From Geosiphon pyriformis uo1 (lineage: Eukaryota > Fungi > Glomeromycota), in contig JAAOMT010000602.1 of assembly GCA_016748015.1 (NCBI GenBank), positions 633,696 to 697,695 on the forward strand: 64,000 nt of DNA. The letters are read 5' to 3'. Position 1 is the stretch's first letter. Each line of letters begins with the position of its first letter. Of the stretch, positions 1 to 13,980 are shown piece by piece. The notes beneath the pieces are model-generated. The model made no database searches. It worked only from the letters and a program-made list of their open reading frames with translations, and was not told where the DNA came from. A program made the translations under genes and the position numbers.

Positions 1-668
1 TGTATTGTGAAGATGTTGAGGTCTCAGATCATGTTTTTTTTTACATGTTTGATAATTTGGCTTGTTGTTGTTTATTAGACACTTATGTAACTATTTGGTA
101 TGCATTTTCTGATCTTTTTGTCTTCTTTTTATGTGTATCTTGTTTTTTGTCATCTGGTATTTTGAATGTTGCAATGTGTATAGCTCTTTACAAGGGCTTT
201 GTTTTTAAGGATTGGCTTTATAAGGCTGCATCAGTTTTTGAAGATTCCAAAGTTGTGAGTCAGAAGATTGTGGACTTTGTGTGTGACTTTTGTCTTGCTT
301 TTAGGGAAAAGATTTGGTTGGTCTATGCCAAGCATCATGCTTTTATGAAAAAGAATGGGCTGATACCATTTAATGGATCAATTCTAAAGTCAGTTTTAGG
401 GTTGTTCTTGTTGTTTTCTGCTGGTATGATTAAACTATTGGGTATTGATGAGGCATTTGGTATAGAGTTAAGTCTTATTTGTTTCTCTTAGATATTGAAA
501 GGCCTATTTTTGTTTATATAGATGCTTAGTGTTGTCCTAATCAGCTTGAGTGGCTGGTTGTGTGTAGAAAATGCATGATTTACATCTAGTTTAGATTAAT
601 TATTTGATGTATTGCACTAGGCAGTGTTTGAACCTCATTCATTAAATGAATAAAAAAAACAAAAACAA
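1..668 (+). mobile_element. 3' end of a degenerate LINE (ORF2 C-terminal Cys/His region, conserved 3' tail, A-rich end), inserted into Gypsy element 1
   Basis: Opens with 'YCEDVEVSDHVF' zinc-binding-like remnant; ORF 45-491 resembles the LINE ORF2 C-termini at 42411-42793 and 60746-61158; shared tail (GAGTGGCTGG..TAGAAAATGCATGA..CTAG..CTAGG..CATTCATTAAA) then A-run 652-668. Confidence 0.8.
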
Positions 669-2479
669 ACCATCAGTATTTCCATTTTTTTTTCCTTTTT
701 TGTAATGTACTGTATAATTAAATAGTGAAAGTTCTATTTTCCATCTGACATAACAATCATCTCCAAATTCTTGCTTCTGAATTAAAGTCAATCTTTTATG
801 ATCAGTATAAACATCAAACTTTTGACTCAAGTATTTTTTCCATTTGATGACAGTCCAATAGATAGCTAAGTATTTTAGTGCTAGAGTTCTATAGTTCTTT
901 TTAGCTGGACTTAAGCTTTTGCTGGTGTAAACTACTGGGTGTTCTCATCTATCTGGTTTTTTTTGAAATAGTACAGCTTCTAATGCTTGACCAAATACAT
1001 CTGTAGTAATGATGAATGGTTTGCTATAATCTGAATAAATTAATACTGGAGCTTGAATAAGTTTTCTTCTTAGTGTGTCAAAAGCTTTTTGTTAAGTTTC
1101 AGTCTATTCATATTTAGTGTTCTTTATTTGAAGTTAGTGTAGTGGTTGAGCTATTTTAGAAAAGTTTTTGATGAAGTGGTAGTAATATCTTGTAAATCCC
1201 AAGAATACTTGTAATTCAGTCAAGTTAATGGGTACTGGAAAGTTTTTAACTATTTCAATTTTGTCTGGATCTATTTTGATGCTATTTTTGCTTATAATAT
1301 GTCCTAAAAACTTCAATTCTGTTTTTTCAAAGAAGCATTTAGTGGTATTTAGCTTTAATTCAGCTTTTTTTAGTCTTTCAAATACTTGTTAAAGATAATG
1401 TAAATAATCATCGAATGTCTTTGAGAACACATTGATATCATCCAAATATATGACTACTGATTTCTATAACAGTTCAGTATAAACAATTTTCATAAGCCAT
1501 TAGAATATTGCTGGTGTATTTATCAAGCCAAATGGCATTATTTTAAACTCAAAATTTCTTTCTCAGGTTGTAAAAGTCATTTTCTTCTTATTTTCTGGTT
1601 TTATGACTACTTGTTAGTAACTACTGTCTAAGTCTAAAGTCAAGAATCATTTTTTTCTTCCAAAAGTGTCAAAAAGTTTTTGGATCTTTGGAGTTGAATA
1701 GCTATCTCCTTTGATTACTTCATTAAGTTTCTAGTAATTCACACAAAAGTGGATTTTTTTATTCTTTTTATGGACTAGTACTACTGGTAACAATCATAGG
1801 CTCATTAATAATTGAATTAATCCATTGTTTAATATTTGATTGATTTCTTAACAAATAATTTCATGGCTGGCTGATGGTACTTAGTATGCTCTTTGTTTGA
1901 TTGGCATTGCATTTCTGGTCTTGATCTAATGCTGGATTATCTTAGTTCTGCCAAATTTGTTTTCACTTGCAAAAATATCAGTGAAGTTGTTAAGTAATAT
2001 TTTGAGTTGTATATGCTAAAATGGGTCTAAATTTCCCAGATTTATTTATTTCAATTGTTCTGATTGGAGCAAATAATATTTGTTCTGTTCATAGATTATT
2101 TGTAATGTTATGTTGACATATTCACACAGTTGTGAAAAGTCTAAAATAAGGTTTGGTAGTTGGTTTTCGATTTCGGTAGTTAAATATCTAATGATAGTTC
2201 CTTTTGGTATCTTAATAATGTCTTCTATATTGTTGTAAATAGGAATTTTGATGTGACTATGGTTTTTGGCTGGTATGTGTAAATTGACTAGTCCAATCTT
2301 TTTTGATTTACAAAGTGTGGCTTCTGCTTCAAAAATCTGAACTTGATCTTTTACTTTTCTTTTTATGGCTAATATGTACTGGTCATATGGTAGAATAAAA
2401 ATTGATTGACAGGTAGAGATAATTTCTTCCTTGTTAATAACTTCTTCCTCTGTTATATTAACTGGTATATCTATTCTAA

Positions 2480-2880
2480 CCATTGATCCAAATCTCTGTA
2501 TTCCTTTAGCTGTAATCCTTAATTCTTTCCTGTTTGCCACTAATACTAATTGAGCTATTTTAATCAGAGGCAGGAATATTGTCTGTGCTATTTTTTTGTT
2601 TGGTTTTATGATATAGGTCTTTTTTGAGTTATTTTGTAGCATTACAATGATATTTTTTATATATCATGTATCAATTATTCCTCCTCTGATGTTGATTCTT
2701 TTTTTCACTAAGCTACTTCTAGATGCTAGTTGAATTATTGTTGTTGCTGAGATTTCCAGTGCTACTTTAAGATCAATACAGGTGTGTGAATATGGTTCCA
2801 ATTTGATGGCATCTTTTCCTAGATATCTTAGATCAAATCCAATATCAGTATTATGTGTATGTTTGGGCATAATACCTTTA
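2480..2880 (-). pseudogene. dUTPase domain of Gypsy element 1 pol
   Basis: Motifs IGFDL, LASRSSL, RGGIIDT*Y, KIAQTI, KGIQRFGS in ORFs 2664-2870 and 2046-2642. Confidence 0.85.
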
Positions 2881-5800
2881 TTATTATCACTGAATCATTT
2901 AAGTTTCTGTTCCTTGATAAGGTTAGAAAACTGATATATTGTTTTGGGTTTGAATTGGAGTTTGAATCATTGTTATTTTCATTGCCATTTTGAATGGAGC
3001 TGGAACCATTATTTTTATCATCATCATTGTCAGAGTTTGAATTGGAATTAAATGGTAATTCTAATTCTAATACACAGCTGTTGATTAGTTTTTTTTTCTT
3101 TGGAATTGTGTAGATTATGTGTGGTGGTGAATTATAGATAAAGTCACACTCATTACAATATTAGAAGTTATATAGAATTAAACAATAGTCATATAGTCGA
3201 GTGTTTATTTCTTCCAAGCATTGTTTTTGCTCTTCTTTTGTGAGTACTAACTCTTAGTAGTGTTTATAGAATTGTTTTGGGTCTATAGAATTTAGTACAA
3301 TATCTGAATTTGGATCCCAGTCAAGTTCTATGGGTTTTGGTGGATTATTTTTAATTGTCTTTATTTTTTCTGATAACACTTCTTCGATTTTGGTAAGTGT
3401 TATGCATCATATTTTGTCATTGTTATGTGGACATCTGTCCAAACATTTTATTGCTCTTCTCCAGGCTGCTTTTATTGGTGTTTTTTTGCATATTCAGTTG
3501 TCAATTAGAATTGTGTATTGACATAATTTGTTGTATGTTTCTTCTCTTCTAAAAATGTCATTTCATATTTCTTTATTGAGAAGAGTTTCTCCACAAGCCA
3601 AGCATAGTTTGTTGTCTCATTTGTCTTGTCTTTTTGGTCATCCAAATTGTTCAAGAACACATAAGTGACAATAGAATTTTGTTGCCATTGGGTATTCTTC
3701 GTCATCATTATAACATGTGCTCATTAATAACAATTTTTTGCCACAGTTAATACATACTAGTTTTAGTCAGCAATAGTTATATAGTTGTAGTGAGATATAG
3801 CTGTATGGAGTATGAGTTGTAGTGGTTGTGGTTGCTGGCTTTTTTTCTTTCACTTTTTTTTTCTCTTTTTCAGTTTCTTTTCACTTTCACATTGGTGTTA
3901 GCTTGTTCTAGTTATTATCAGTTCATAATATTTGATTGTTATTCCAGGTAAGTTTCTCTTTTTACTTTCCTTTTCCTTTGTCATTCCATAAAAATATAAG
4001 CAATAGTTCATTGTATTCATTATTGGCCCACAAGACTTGATAAACTTCCCAGGTAGGTTTTTCTTTTTCTACTTCGAACTTGATTAGTAGTACTGACATC
4101 ATTGTGAATTTAAAGTGGCCACAGGTGGTTGGTACTCACATGTGCTGGCCATTTTGGCTGAGTTGCAATTCTTAGGTAGTCCAATCAAACATGGCATTGG
4201 TTTTGGACAACCAATTGTTGCCAACTAGTGCTTAATATTGAGTGGCTTCCATCACTAAGACTTTGATAAGAGCAATAATGCTATTAACTTCAAAAGGCAG
4301 GTTATTTATTTTACTCATGAGAGTTTTTATGGTTTCATCAGCCATAATAATCTTGGCATTAGCAGTGTGATCAACTTGGCAACCTAATTGGTTCATGAGT
4401 TGTCATGTAATAATGCTGTTTGCTGACCTACTATCAAGAATCAGTTTGATAGACTGATCACCAATTTTGGCATCAATGTACATTGCAATAATGGGTTTGG
4501 TGTCTAAAATGACTTCACTAAGTAAGAGAACTAGAGCAGTTTTTTTGAGTTCAAAAGGGAATATGATGACAAGTGTTTCATTTTCAGTACTGATTGCTAG
4601 TAAAATATTACTAATAAGTGGCTGTTTTTGGTTGGTTTCTAGGTGGTTAGATAAAACATTTTCTTAGATGGTCAAGAAACTTAAATAGTATTGGGAATTT
4701 GGATTTTGGGTGTACTTGGTTTCCAAATTCCACTGTCATAATTTTGATGGCTAATTTGATAAGCTGGGGATTGGTTGGTAGACAACCATTGCCGATCTCC
4801 AGTTTTGAATAACCTTAGGTCTGGGATTTTCTAATATTATCTGAGTTGAGTTTGATGATGGTGTTGGAATTTGTTGGGATTGATATATTATTTATGGCTG
4901 TGGTTGATAAATAACTGGTGCCAGAATCTAATAAATGGGTGGTTAATAAATTTGTTACTGCATCACTGGTATAAAATTTGATTGATATAGTTCTGAATTA
5001 GATTGATATCTTGGAGTTTGAAACTGGTGATCAGGGTTTTGATATTGATTTCCTGATCATTAGTTATCTATTTTTAGTCTGTAGTCGATTCTCAAATGTT
5101 CCTATTTACCACAATAGTGGCAAACACACATCTCCTGCTGCCATTACTAATTAGTCGATGATAATGAACATGACTGATTTTGGAAATAATTCATGTTTCC
5201 TTGATTATTGCATTATTGTGGAGATTAATAAATTGCTTAACCATTAGCTAAATATTCCTTTAATTTTTGGTTGATAGAATTACTGAATTGTTTTAAATTC
5301 AGATGATCTATTCATTACTAAATTGACAGCTTGAGTATGATTGGCTTCGAATTCAGCTGATTTAAAGTCTCTGGCATAAGTAATAGCAGCTTGAAGATCA
5401 GCTGAATGTAATGAACATACACATTAGAAAATACTACTACATAATTCACAAATAAACTGATTTAGAATCTGGGCCACTGTGAAATAGTTTGCATTAATAA
5501 CTTGAATTTGATGCAGATTCCTGTAGAAGCATTCTAAGTATGTAGTGACTGCTTTATTTTTTTCTTGTTTGATAGTAGTAAAGGTATTTGCCAAGTGGTT
5601 AATGCTATTATTATTACTGAAATATCTCATGAATTCTAATTTGAAGTCTTGGAAAGTTTGTGGTTTGGCAGTTAAACTCTGGTACTATAAATTGGCAGTA
5701 TTTTGGAGAAAATAGGAAATTACTTAAAGAGCTCTGTTGTCATTCCATCCATTGGCTGCAATGGCTTTTTTCATATTATTGAGCCATACTTGGGCATTGT

Positions 5801-6800
5801 CTTCCTTGCTGGTAAATTTTTTGATTTTCACAATTAGAGTATATGTCATTAGAACTACAAGTGGCAGTTGTTGTGGTTGTTGTGGTTGTTAAAGTGGCTG
5901 TTGTGATTGTTGCTAAGGTGGTGGTAGTTGTTGTTGCTATTCAGCAATTGATGAGACTAGTGATAGATCAATTACAATTATTGAAGGTAGGTTTTGAGAA
6001 ACAATAGGAGCAGTGTTTAGATTATTCTAATTTTGTTGAATTGGAATAATTGGAGTTTGAATTTCTGGGTTTTTTGGGATTAGGCTTTGGTAATTAACTT
6101 CTTGATCCTCATTTTTTTTTTCTTCCAATTTTGTCACTTTCTAAGGACTTGCAATTCCAAAATCTGGTTAAGATAGTAATGATCAGAATTCTAATGGAAT
6201 TAGTAATCATGATTTAAATACTTTAAAATAATTGCCATATATTTTTAATAATTTTGCTTTCTTTTGTTTACTTTAAAATAGGAGTTATCCAAATGTTGAT
6301 GTTATGTTTGATGTGGACATGTCTGCTAATGTGATATTGATAGTACTTTCAAGTATGTGATAATATGATAAATATAGTGGAAATTTAATTCTTTGTTTCC
6401 TTTTGGAATTGCTGTTGGTGTTTATAACTTTCTTTTATTCTTATCTGTATAGGTAATGAGGAATTGTTGTTGAGTATATCTTTCAATTTCTTAATTAATT
6501 TCCTTGATGATTGGTACAAAACTGTGATTTTATGATAAGCTGGTATGTTGAATTAATTCTGTATAAAAATTTTTTTTTGCTAATTCAATGTCAACTGGTC
6601 TTCCTAGAAAATCTGTGATTCTTTCATTGACATAAAAATTGAAGGCTGATTCTATTAGATAATGGTTGTTGGTTAAGCCCAATTGTTGGCTGTACTGTTG
6701 AAATAAGGATTTGGCGAATCCTAAATGGTTTGTTCCTATTATTTCTGATTCTGTCACTTTTGAATGACTGCTGTTAATGTTGGTTCTCTGTAAGATTATA

Positions 6801-6819
6801 CCTCACAGAGAGCACCAAA
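6801..6819 (-). other. Primer-binding site of Gypsy element 1 (tt-TGGTGCTCTCTGTGAGG)
   Basis: Directly follows LTR end TGTAACA; begins TGG (complement of tRNA CCA); tRNA identity not determined. Confidence 0.8.
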
Positions 6820-7474
6820 TGTTACAAGTGATTATTTGGGATCTCAAATCTATGAGTTTTCTACCCTTGTTTCACAGATCTTTTACCAGTCCCTATGATG
6901 TCTGTAACTCAGTACTTAATCTTTTTAATCAATTAGTTAACAACAAAAAATAACAAAAGAAAAGAAAATAAAAAGAATAAAATCAAGAAAGAAAATAAAA
7001 AAAATAAGCCAAAGCAATAAATGTTAGTATTCTGTTAGCAGCTGTAATCAAAAACTATTGTTCTAGTGTGGTTAGATATCAGTTACTATTAACATAAAGT
7101 GTTGATAGTGAAGTGTGAATTGAGATAACAAATAATTATTTATTGATATTTGGAATGTGAAAGGTTGCTTAGATAAAATCTAAACTAAGAGGTCTGTCTT
7201 TTCTATTTTTAATACTACCATTATATATACATAATTGAGATTTCTCAATTCCTCAATTTTTCACACCAGAAATTTTGGAATTTTTGAAATTCTGCAATTT
7301 CTTTGAAAGAAATTTTGAAATTCTGAAATCCTGCGATTCTTTGTATGAAAATCTTGAAATTTCTGGAATTTTGCAATTTCTCTGAGAAAAATTCTGGAAT
7401 TCCACATTTTACTATATCTACCTCTAATTGGCTAATTTATATGCTAATATACTTCCTATATTCTATGAGTAACA
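6820..7474 (-). repeat. 5' LTR of Gypsy element 1 (~655 bp, TGTTAC...GTAACA)
   Basis: Same terminal hexamers as the other LTRs; PBS adjacent; internal GAAATTCTG-type U3 repeats 7270-7405. Confidence 0.8.
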
Positions 7475-8262
7475 ACATAGTAAATAGGGAATTCCAGGAT
7501 TCCTTTTAAAGAAATTGCAGGATTTCAGAATTACAGAATTCTCATATAAAAAATTGCAGAATTCTTGGTGCAAAAAATTGAGAAATTGAGGAATCTTAAT
7601 TATATATATATAGTGGTAGTATTAGAAGCAAAAAAGATAGACATCTGAATTTCACTTTCTAGTTAGCATCTATACATTTACATTATTAATAAATATATTT
7701 ATTAATTATATCAATCCAATTGTCCACTATTAACACTTTATATTGATAGTAATTTATATTTGATCACACTAGAATAATAGCTCTTGATTATGGCTATTGA
7801 TGGAATATTAACTTAATTGTTTTGGCTTCATTTTTTGTATTTTCTTTATTTTTTTTATTTTCTTTTGTTGTTTTTTGTTGTTTACTAATTGATTAAGGAT
7901 TAAGTACTGAGTTATTGACATTAAGTATAGCCTAATAAAAGACCCAAAAACAAGGATAAAGAACTCAGAAATTGAGGATAGTTTACTAGAAAAGCATGAC
8001 TATTAGAATAAACTGGCCACTATACTAAAAAAAAAATTTGACAGAATTGCAATTCTGGAAGGCTACTAATAAAACAATTATTGAATTTTTGTCTATTATA
8101 CAAAGAACTCAAACTTAAAATCTTCAGATTAACAAAACTTTCAGATACTGAAAACTTTTAGATTATGAAAACCTTTAAAGATTATTCTTATTATATTTGT
8201 TATTAAACACCAAATTACAGGTTTGTTATTTGTTTTCAGATTCCAAATAATTATCTGTAACA
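7475..8262 (+). repeat. 5'-truncated LTR of a related Gypsy family in opposite orientation (solo or 3' LTR)
   Basis: Reverse-complement match to 6820-7420 (e.g. CTCAGTACTTAATC ~6908 vs GATTAAGTACTGAG ~7898); ends ..CTGTAACA at 8262 followed by LINE sequence, not a PBS. Confidence 0.8.
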
Positions 8263-9350
8263 ATGTCATATTGTCAATTTGATTAGATCAAAAGAGATTT
8301 CTGTGAGATAGATAAAGATAAAAAGTTATTTAGGAAATATAAATAATGATCAAGCTAATACTCTTGCCTGTGTAGTAGCAAAGTCATATTTAGCTTTTCC
8401 TATTGGAATTCATGAAAAAATTTTTATGGTAGATGGTCAGATGGTTTTAGGCAATGCTTGCTATTTTGTTTGCAATATTTATTAAACTGTCTGTCAGGTC
8501 TTGTAAAAAGCAGATTCTAGTGTTAATGTTTTGGAAGACTCTTTTATCCAACACATCAATTGGGATTGTACTGTCTTAGTTTGGCATCCAGATTTTTACT
8601 TGTTGGCTGAATTTACCAGTAAAAAATCAGTCATTTTGCACACATATTTGATAAAAGCCATATACAGAAGATTGTCAGTAATTGTTTACAAAAAGCTTTA
8701 TAACAGAAATTATTTGGGCATTCTATGCTTAATATGTGATAACATAGAGCTGCCAATTATGCTTTTACTTGTATAAAAGATACCTCTGTGTGCTCTGACA
8801 TTATCTTGAGTTATATTAAATTGTAGAAGTCCTTAATTGGAAGATGCTTTCTAGCTTTGTTTTTAGTGCTTTATACTCTTTCTCTAGATACTTTAAATAT
8901 TGGTGTTTATACAGTTTTGTGCAAGAGTTTTGTTCTTAAAAATTAGGTGGAAGAAACAATATTGCATTTTAAGGATAAAAAAAGGCTTTTCTGATGGTAA
9001 TGAACTTTGTTTGCCACTTGGTTGATAAGCATTATAATAAGTTGTGGCTGTTAAGATCTAGGTTTAGGGCTTCAATAGAAAAATCTGGTCTAGTTTGCAA
9101 TATGAGAGTGGTTCTTGGTTTATTGTGTGGTCAATCCAGTTTGTTGTCTGAAAGAGTGGCTTGTTTGCTTGATATAGTTGAGTTTTTTGCTATTAGTTTT
9201 GGTTTATACAAGTTATATTTGTTTTTTTCTGAATAACCAGTCATATGTAAAAAGCACATAAGCCACATTTAGTTTAATTTACTTGCTTTGTTTCTGTACA
9301 CTAGATAATAATTGAGCTATATTTATAAAATATTAAAAAAAAAAAAAAAA
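8263..9350 (+). mobile_element. Degenerate LINE 3' part (RNase H C-terminus, Cys/His region, 3' tail, poly-A)
   Basis: WIKIKSYLGNI*NDQANTLA (RNase H end), VWHPD..FTS..YLIKAI..KKLYN..CLIC; tail 9233-9333; A-run 9334-9350. Confidence 0.8.
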
Positions 9351-9504
9351 TAGTTTTTTGGTTTTTGTGATTAGTAGATTTTTTTTTTGTATTATTTAAT
9401 TGTTAAATATAGCTATTGAGCTAAATATTAATTTTGGTTTGTGTAAATTATATTTATTTTTTGCAGATTTAGATAATATAATTTTTATTAATATAGGTTT
9501 TTAA

Positions 9505-9635
9505 TATTGTTTTAACTGTGTTTAAATAACTGGTTATGTGTAAAAAATGCATGATAAATGTCTAGTTTAGATTAAATAGTTTGATATATTGTATTAGATA
9601 GTACGTAAATCTCACTTATTAAATATAAAAAAAAA
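9505..9635 (+). repeat. Additional decayed LINE-type 3' tail with A-run
   Basis: CTGGTTATGTGTAAAAAATGCATGA..TCTAG..TTAGATAG..CTCACTTATTAAA, collinear with tail at 530-650. Confidence 0.7.
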
Positions 9636-10053
9636 GATATAGAAAAAAAAAGTTTTTTTTGTATTTATATTTATTTTATATTAAAAGTATTAATTAATTA
9701 ATATCATATTATATTATACAAATGTTTTATTAAATTAACAAAGTTTTAATAATTTATTATTTTTATATTAATATATTGTAAAATTATTTTTTTAAAATGT
9801 TTTATTATTTTTTAAATTAATTATGTAATTTTAATAATTTGTTTATTTTTGTTAATATTGTTAAATTAATTTACTTAGTTTTTTTAATTCATATTATATT
9901 ACAATCTAATCGTGTTATAAAACTATTTTTAATATTTAATTCCCAATTATTTTAAAATATTTATGTTAATTCTATAATAATCATTTTGCTAATTTGTTGA
10001 TTAAAATAAAAACATCTATATTTTTTTGAGCGAAAAAATTTCTGGTTGGGGTC

Positions 10054-10065
10054 AATCACGTGATT
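10054..10065. promoter_or_regulatory. Palindromic E-box AATCACGTGATT upstream of COPG
   Basis: Perfect 12-bp palindrome with CACGTG core ~110 bp before the ATG; function inferred only. Confidence 0.4.
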
Positions 10066-10172
10066 TATATATGACGAGGTCTCATCGTGATGTACGACGT
10101 AGAATCCAAACCTGATCTGTACATGGACACTTGAAAATTTCTATATACTCGCTCACCTTTAACTTACTAGCA

Positions 10173-13100
10173 ATGAATTTGTCAAAGAAGGATGAAGACT
10201 CCGGTAATTTGGGCATCTTTTATCATCTTGACAAAAGTACCGTCCTACAAGAGGCTCGTGTCTTCAATGAATCCCCGATCGTACCTCGAAAATGTCGCCT
10301 TTTGCTTACAAAAATCATGTATTTACTGTACCTTGGTGAGCCAATGGCTACTGCAGAAGCAACAGAGCTATTTTTTAGCGTGACCAAACTTTTTCAATCT
10401 AAAGACGTAAGTGCTAAGTCTCATTTTTCATTTTATCAGGGACTTCATCCATTATAATTTAGAAAATCGCTTTGTTTCATTATAGCATTAGTGAATAAAA
10501 CAAATTTGATTGAGGTGGAAAATATTTTTGATTTGGCTTTAATGAATGTCAGGGCAATCCTCCTGTTATTTTAATTTTTCTATTATTAGATTGCTTTACG
10601 GCAAATGGTATACCTGGTCATTAAGGAACTTTCAAACATTGCCGAAGATGTAATCATGGTAACTAGTAGTTTGATGAAAGATATGCAACCAAAGTCGGAG
10701 GTTATCTACAGGGCAAATGCCATAAGAGCTTTGTGTAAGATTATCGATGTAAATATCTGATTTTTTCATCAGCTCGAGTATTCGTGGGATCACTCACTTT
10801 ATTGATTGACGTCTAGGCTTCTATGCTTCCTAGCGTAGAGAGATTTCTCAAAGCAGCAATTGTTGATAAGACACCCTCGATATCCTCAGCTGCCTTAGTA
10901 TCTAGTTATCATTTATTCCCACCTGGAAAAGATGTAATCAGACGATGGGCTAATGAAGTTCACGAAGCCATTAACTCGAAACCTTCATCTTTAGTGGGGA
11001 ATGCATCTTCATATTTGACCTCCTTCTCATCTGGTGCTTCTTCCTATAGCTCACTGCCATCAAGCAGCAATATCAGCCAATATCACGCTTTAGGTCTTTT
11101 GTATTTGATTCGCCAGCATGATCGTATGGCTGTAACTAAGGTTATTCAGCAACTAGCTGGTGGAGGTAGAACTGGGTTTGGCTCTTCAAGTGGTTCATTG
11201 CGAAATCCTTTTGCCTATTGCTTATTGATTCGTTATGCTGCAAAGATTCTGGATGAAGATCCAAAGTGAGTAGAAATTTTCAATATCCATGTCAATCTAC
11301 CTAACTGTATGTCCCGTGCTACTTTTGGACAAGATTACGAATAATTTCAAATCTATGAAAAATTATTAGCTCAAGGCAACAAATGTATGAATTATTGGAG
11401 GCATGGCTGCGCCACAAGAGTGATTTAGTAAATTTCGAAGCCGCTAAAGCCATATGTCATATTAAGGACGTCTCGATTAGAGAACTATCTCCAGCTATCA
11501 ATGGTAAACCATATTAGCAAGTTTAGTCATTCATCTGATAAACTCTCAATTTGTTAACTTTGAAGAACTTGAATAATTATTCAAGTGCTACAGTTTTTCC
11601 TTTCTTCGCAGAAACATACACTTCGGTTTGCAGCCATTCGGACTCTCAACAAATTAGCAATGACTCACCCTACCGCAGTTCAGCCATGTAATTTAGATAT
11701 GGAAAATTTGATTACTGATCAAAATAGAAGTGTTGCAACTTTTGCGATCACTACTTTGCTTAAGGTTTTGAAACGATACTTTTTCGTCTTGCCTTTATTG
11801 TGTTGTGTATAATTAATTGATCTTCTAGATTCTTTTCGCTAAATTCGAACTTCAAGACAGGGAATGAAGCGAGTGTTGATCGGCTTATGAAACAAATTAC
11901 AGGGTTCATGAGCGAAATATCCGATGAATTTAAAGTGATCGTCGTAGATGCGATCAGATCCCTTTGCCTTAAATTCCCATCAAAACAAGCAGTAATGCTT
12001 AACTTCTTGAGTGGAGTGCTAAGAGATGAGGGCGGGTATGAGTTTAAAAGGGCTGTTGTCGAGGCTATATTTGACTTGGTTAAATACATACCAGAATGCA
12101 AAGAGGCTGGTAATTGGATATCAAAGCTTGCTAAGTTTGGTGAATCCTTGAAAGGGTAATACTGATATAAGTATTAACGTAAATTCCAGCTTTGGCACAT
12201 TTATGTGAGTTTATTGAGGACTGCGAATTCACCAAACTCTCTGTGCGAGTTCTTCATCTTCTTGGCGTTGAGGGCCCAAAAACATCCACACCTACCAAAT
12301 ATATTCGTTATATTTATAATCGGGTTATTCTAGAAAATTCTATAGTTCGAGCAGCTGCTGTTAGTGCTCTTGCAAAGTTTGGCGTAAGCGTAGAAGACAT
12401 TGAAGTAAAAAAGAGTATCAAAGTCCTATTAACAAGGTCTGTGTGTGATAACTTGAGTCACCTTATACAAGACTACCTTTTCTCATTATCCATACATTTC
12501 ACTTCTTCAGATGTTTGGATGATAATGACGATGAAGTCCGTGATAGGTCCACCTTGTTCTTGAAGTTGATGGAAGATGACGAAAGCGCAGAGAAATATGT
12601 CAAAGACGGTTAGTTCTTTTGAATGTGACATTTTCTTCTCTCTTCATTTGTTTATCTGGGGTTTTTTATATAGATTCGACTTATCCTCTTGATGTTCTGG
12701 AAAAGCAATTGGTTCAATATATAAACACCCCAGGGGCTGTCGAAAAGCCTTTTGATCTTGAGACCGTGCCTAAAATCACTAAAGCTCAGGCAGAAGCTGA
12801 GAAATCAAGGGCGAGAAGCACTGACGTCACTACAATACAAAGTATTGGAATTACTACAACTATATCCCCTGGCGTAGTTAGCACTCCAGTTATTAATGCA
12901 AGTAGAGATTTAACACCCACACCGAGTGGTTTGGACCAGCAACAAATATATGCTCAACGGCTGTCGACCATTCCCGAATTTGCTCTTTATGGGGAATTAT
13001 TTACGAGCAGCACTAAGCCGATTGAACTTACGGAAAGTGAAACTGAATATGCGGTCAGTTGTATCAAGCATATTTTCAAGGAACATATTATTTTTCAGGT

Positions 13101-13980
13101 AAGCTCTGATTTTATGGTTGGTCGTGATGTTTAAAGCATCCCTTATCCTAATGCCATAAAATATTTGAAATGACGATCAAAGTTTGATATCACCAATACT
13201 TTGAATGATCAATTACTTGAAAATGCTTCTGTCGTCATGCAACCTGAATCAGATGACGGTTTATTAGAAGAGATACTGGTGATCGCTGCTCCAAAATTGT
13301 CATACGGTCAACCCTCAGCTGCATATGTTGTTTTTAAGCGATCTGATCCTCAGGAATATCCCTTAGGTTCTTTTTCCAACACTTTGAAATATTTTGTCAA
13401 AGATTGCGATCCTGTGACTGGAGAGGCTGATGACCAAGGCTATGAGGATGAATATCAGGTAATTAGGGAATAAATATTTGAGATGCTCTTCTAAATTCAA
13501 AGATACACAGAAACAATTTTTACAAATCACTTACAGGTCGAGGATATTGACCTACTTGCGGGTGATTATGTTCTCCCTACATATGTAAGTAATTTTTCCT
13601 CCGCATGGGACAATCTTGGAGAAGAAGGGCAAGTCGTAGAAACTTTTGCCTTAACCGCAATCAATGGCTTAAAAGGTATTAATATACTGAAGTTTTGATC
13701 ATCTCAAGGCTTATGTTGTCCCTAATCCTCTTTTACTCCTGAAACAGAGGCTTGTGATAAATTAATTGGTTTGCTTGGTATGAGTGCCGTCGAGAATTCG
13801 GGGGCTCCACAATCAACTAGTGTTCACACTTTGCTATTGTCGGGTATGTTCCTGGGTGGTGTCAAGCTTCTTGCAAAAAGCCGTATGACTTACGCTCCAA
13901 GTAATGGCGTAACAATGGAGTTGTCAATACGATCGCAGAATTTAGAGATAAGTCGTTTTGTTGTGGGGGCTATTGCGTAA
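10173..13980 (+). CDS. SEC21: Coatomer subunit gamma (gamma-COP), multi-exon
   Basis: [36 protein letters not shown]; [14 protein letters not shown]|[14 protein letters not shown]; [11 protein letters not shown]; [12 protein letters not shown]; ELTESETEY; GYEDEYQ; short GT-AG introns join the ORF pieces; true ATG 10173. Confidence 0.96.

Larger units (their letters stand above)
669..7474 (-). mobile_element. Gypsy element 1: degenerate Ty3/Gypsy LTR retrotransposon (5' LTR, PBS, gag, protease, Cys-rich region, dUTPase, RT, RNase H); integrase side cut off by the LINE
   Basis: Minus-strand remnants: gag 6757-5300, CHYCGK*EH zinc knuckle ~5085-5125, LILDSRSA protease ~4420-4445, dUTPase (GFDL, RSSL, GGIID, IAQ) ~2480-2880, RT YLDD ~1436-1450 and FLGH, RNase H VYTDH ~750; many transition-derived stops. 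Confidence 0.93.

Noticed and set aside
10131-10172. TTG-initiated N-terminal extension of COPG in the ORF track
   Set aside because: Family homology begins at ATG 10173
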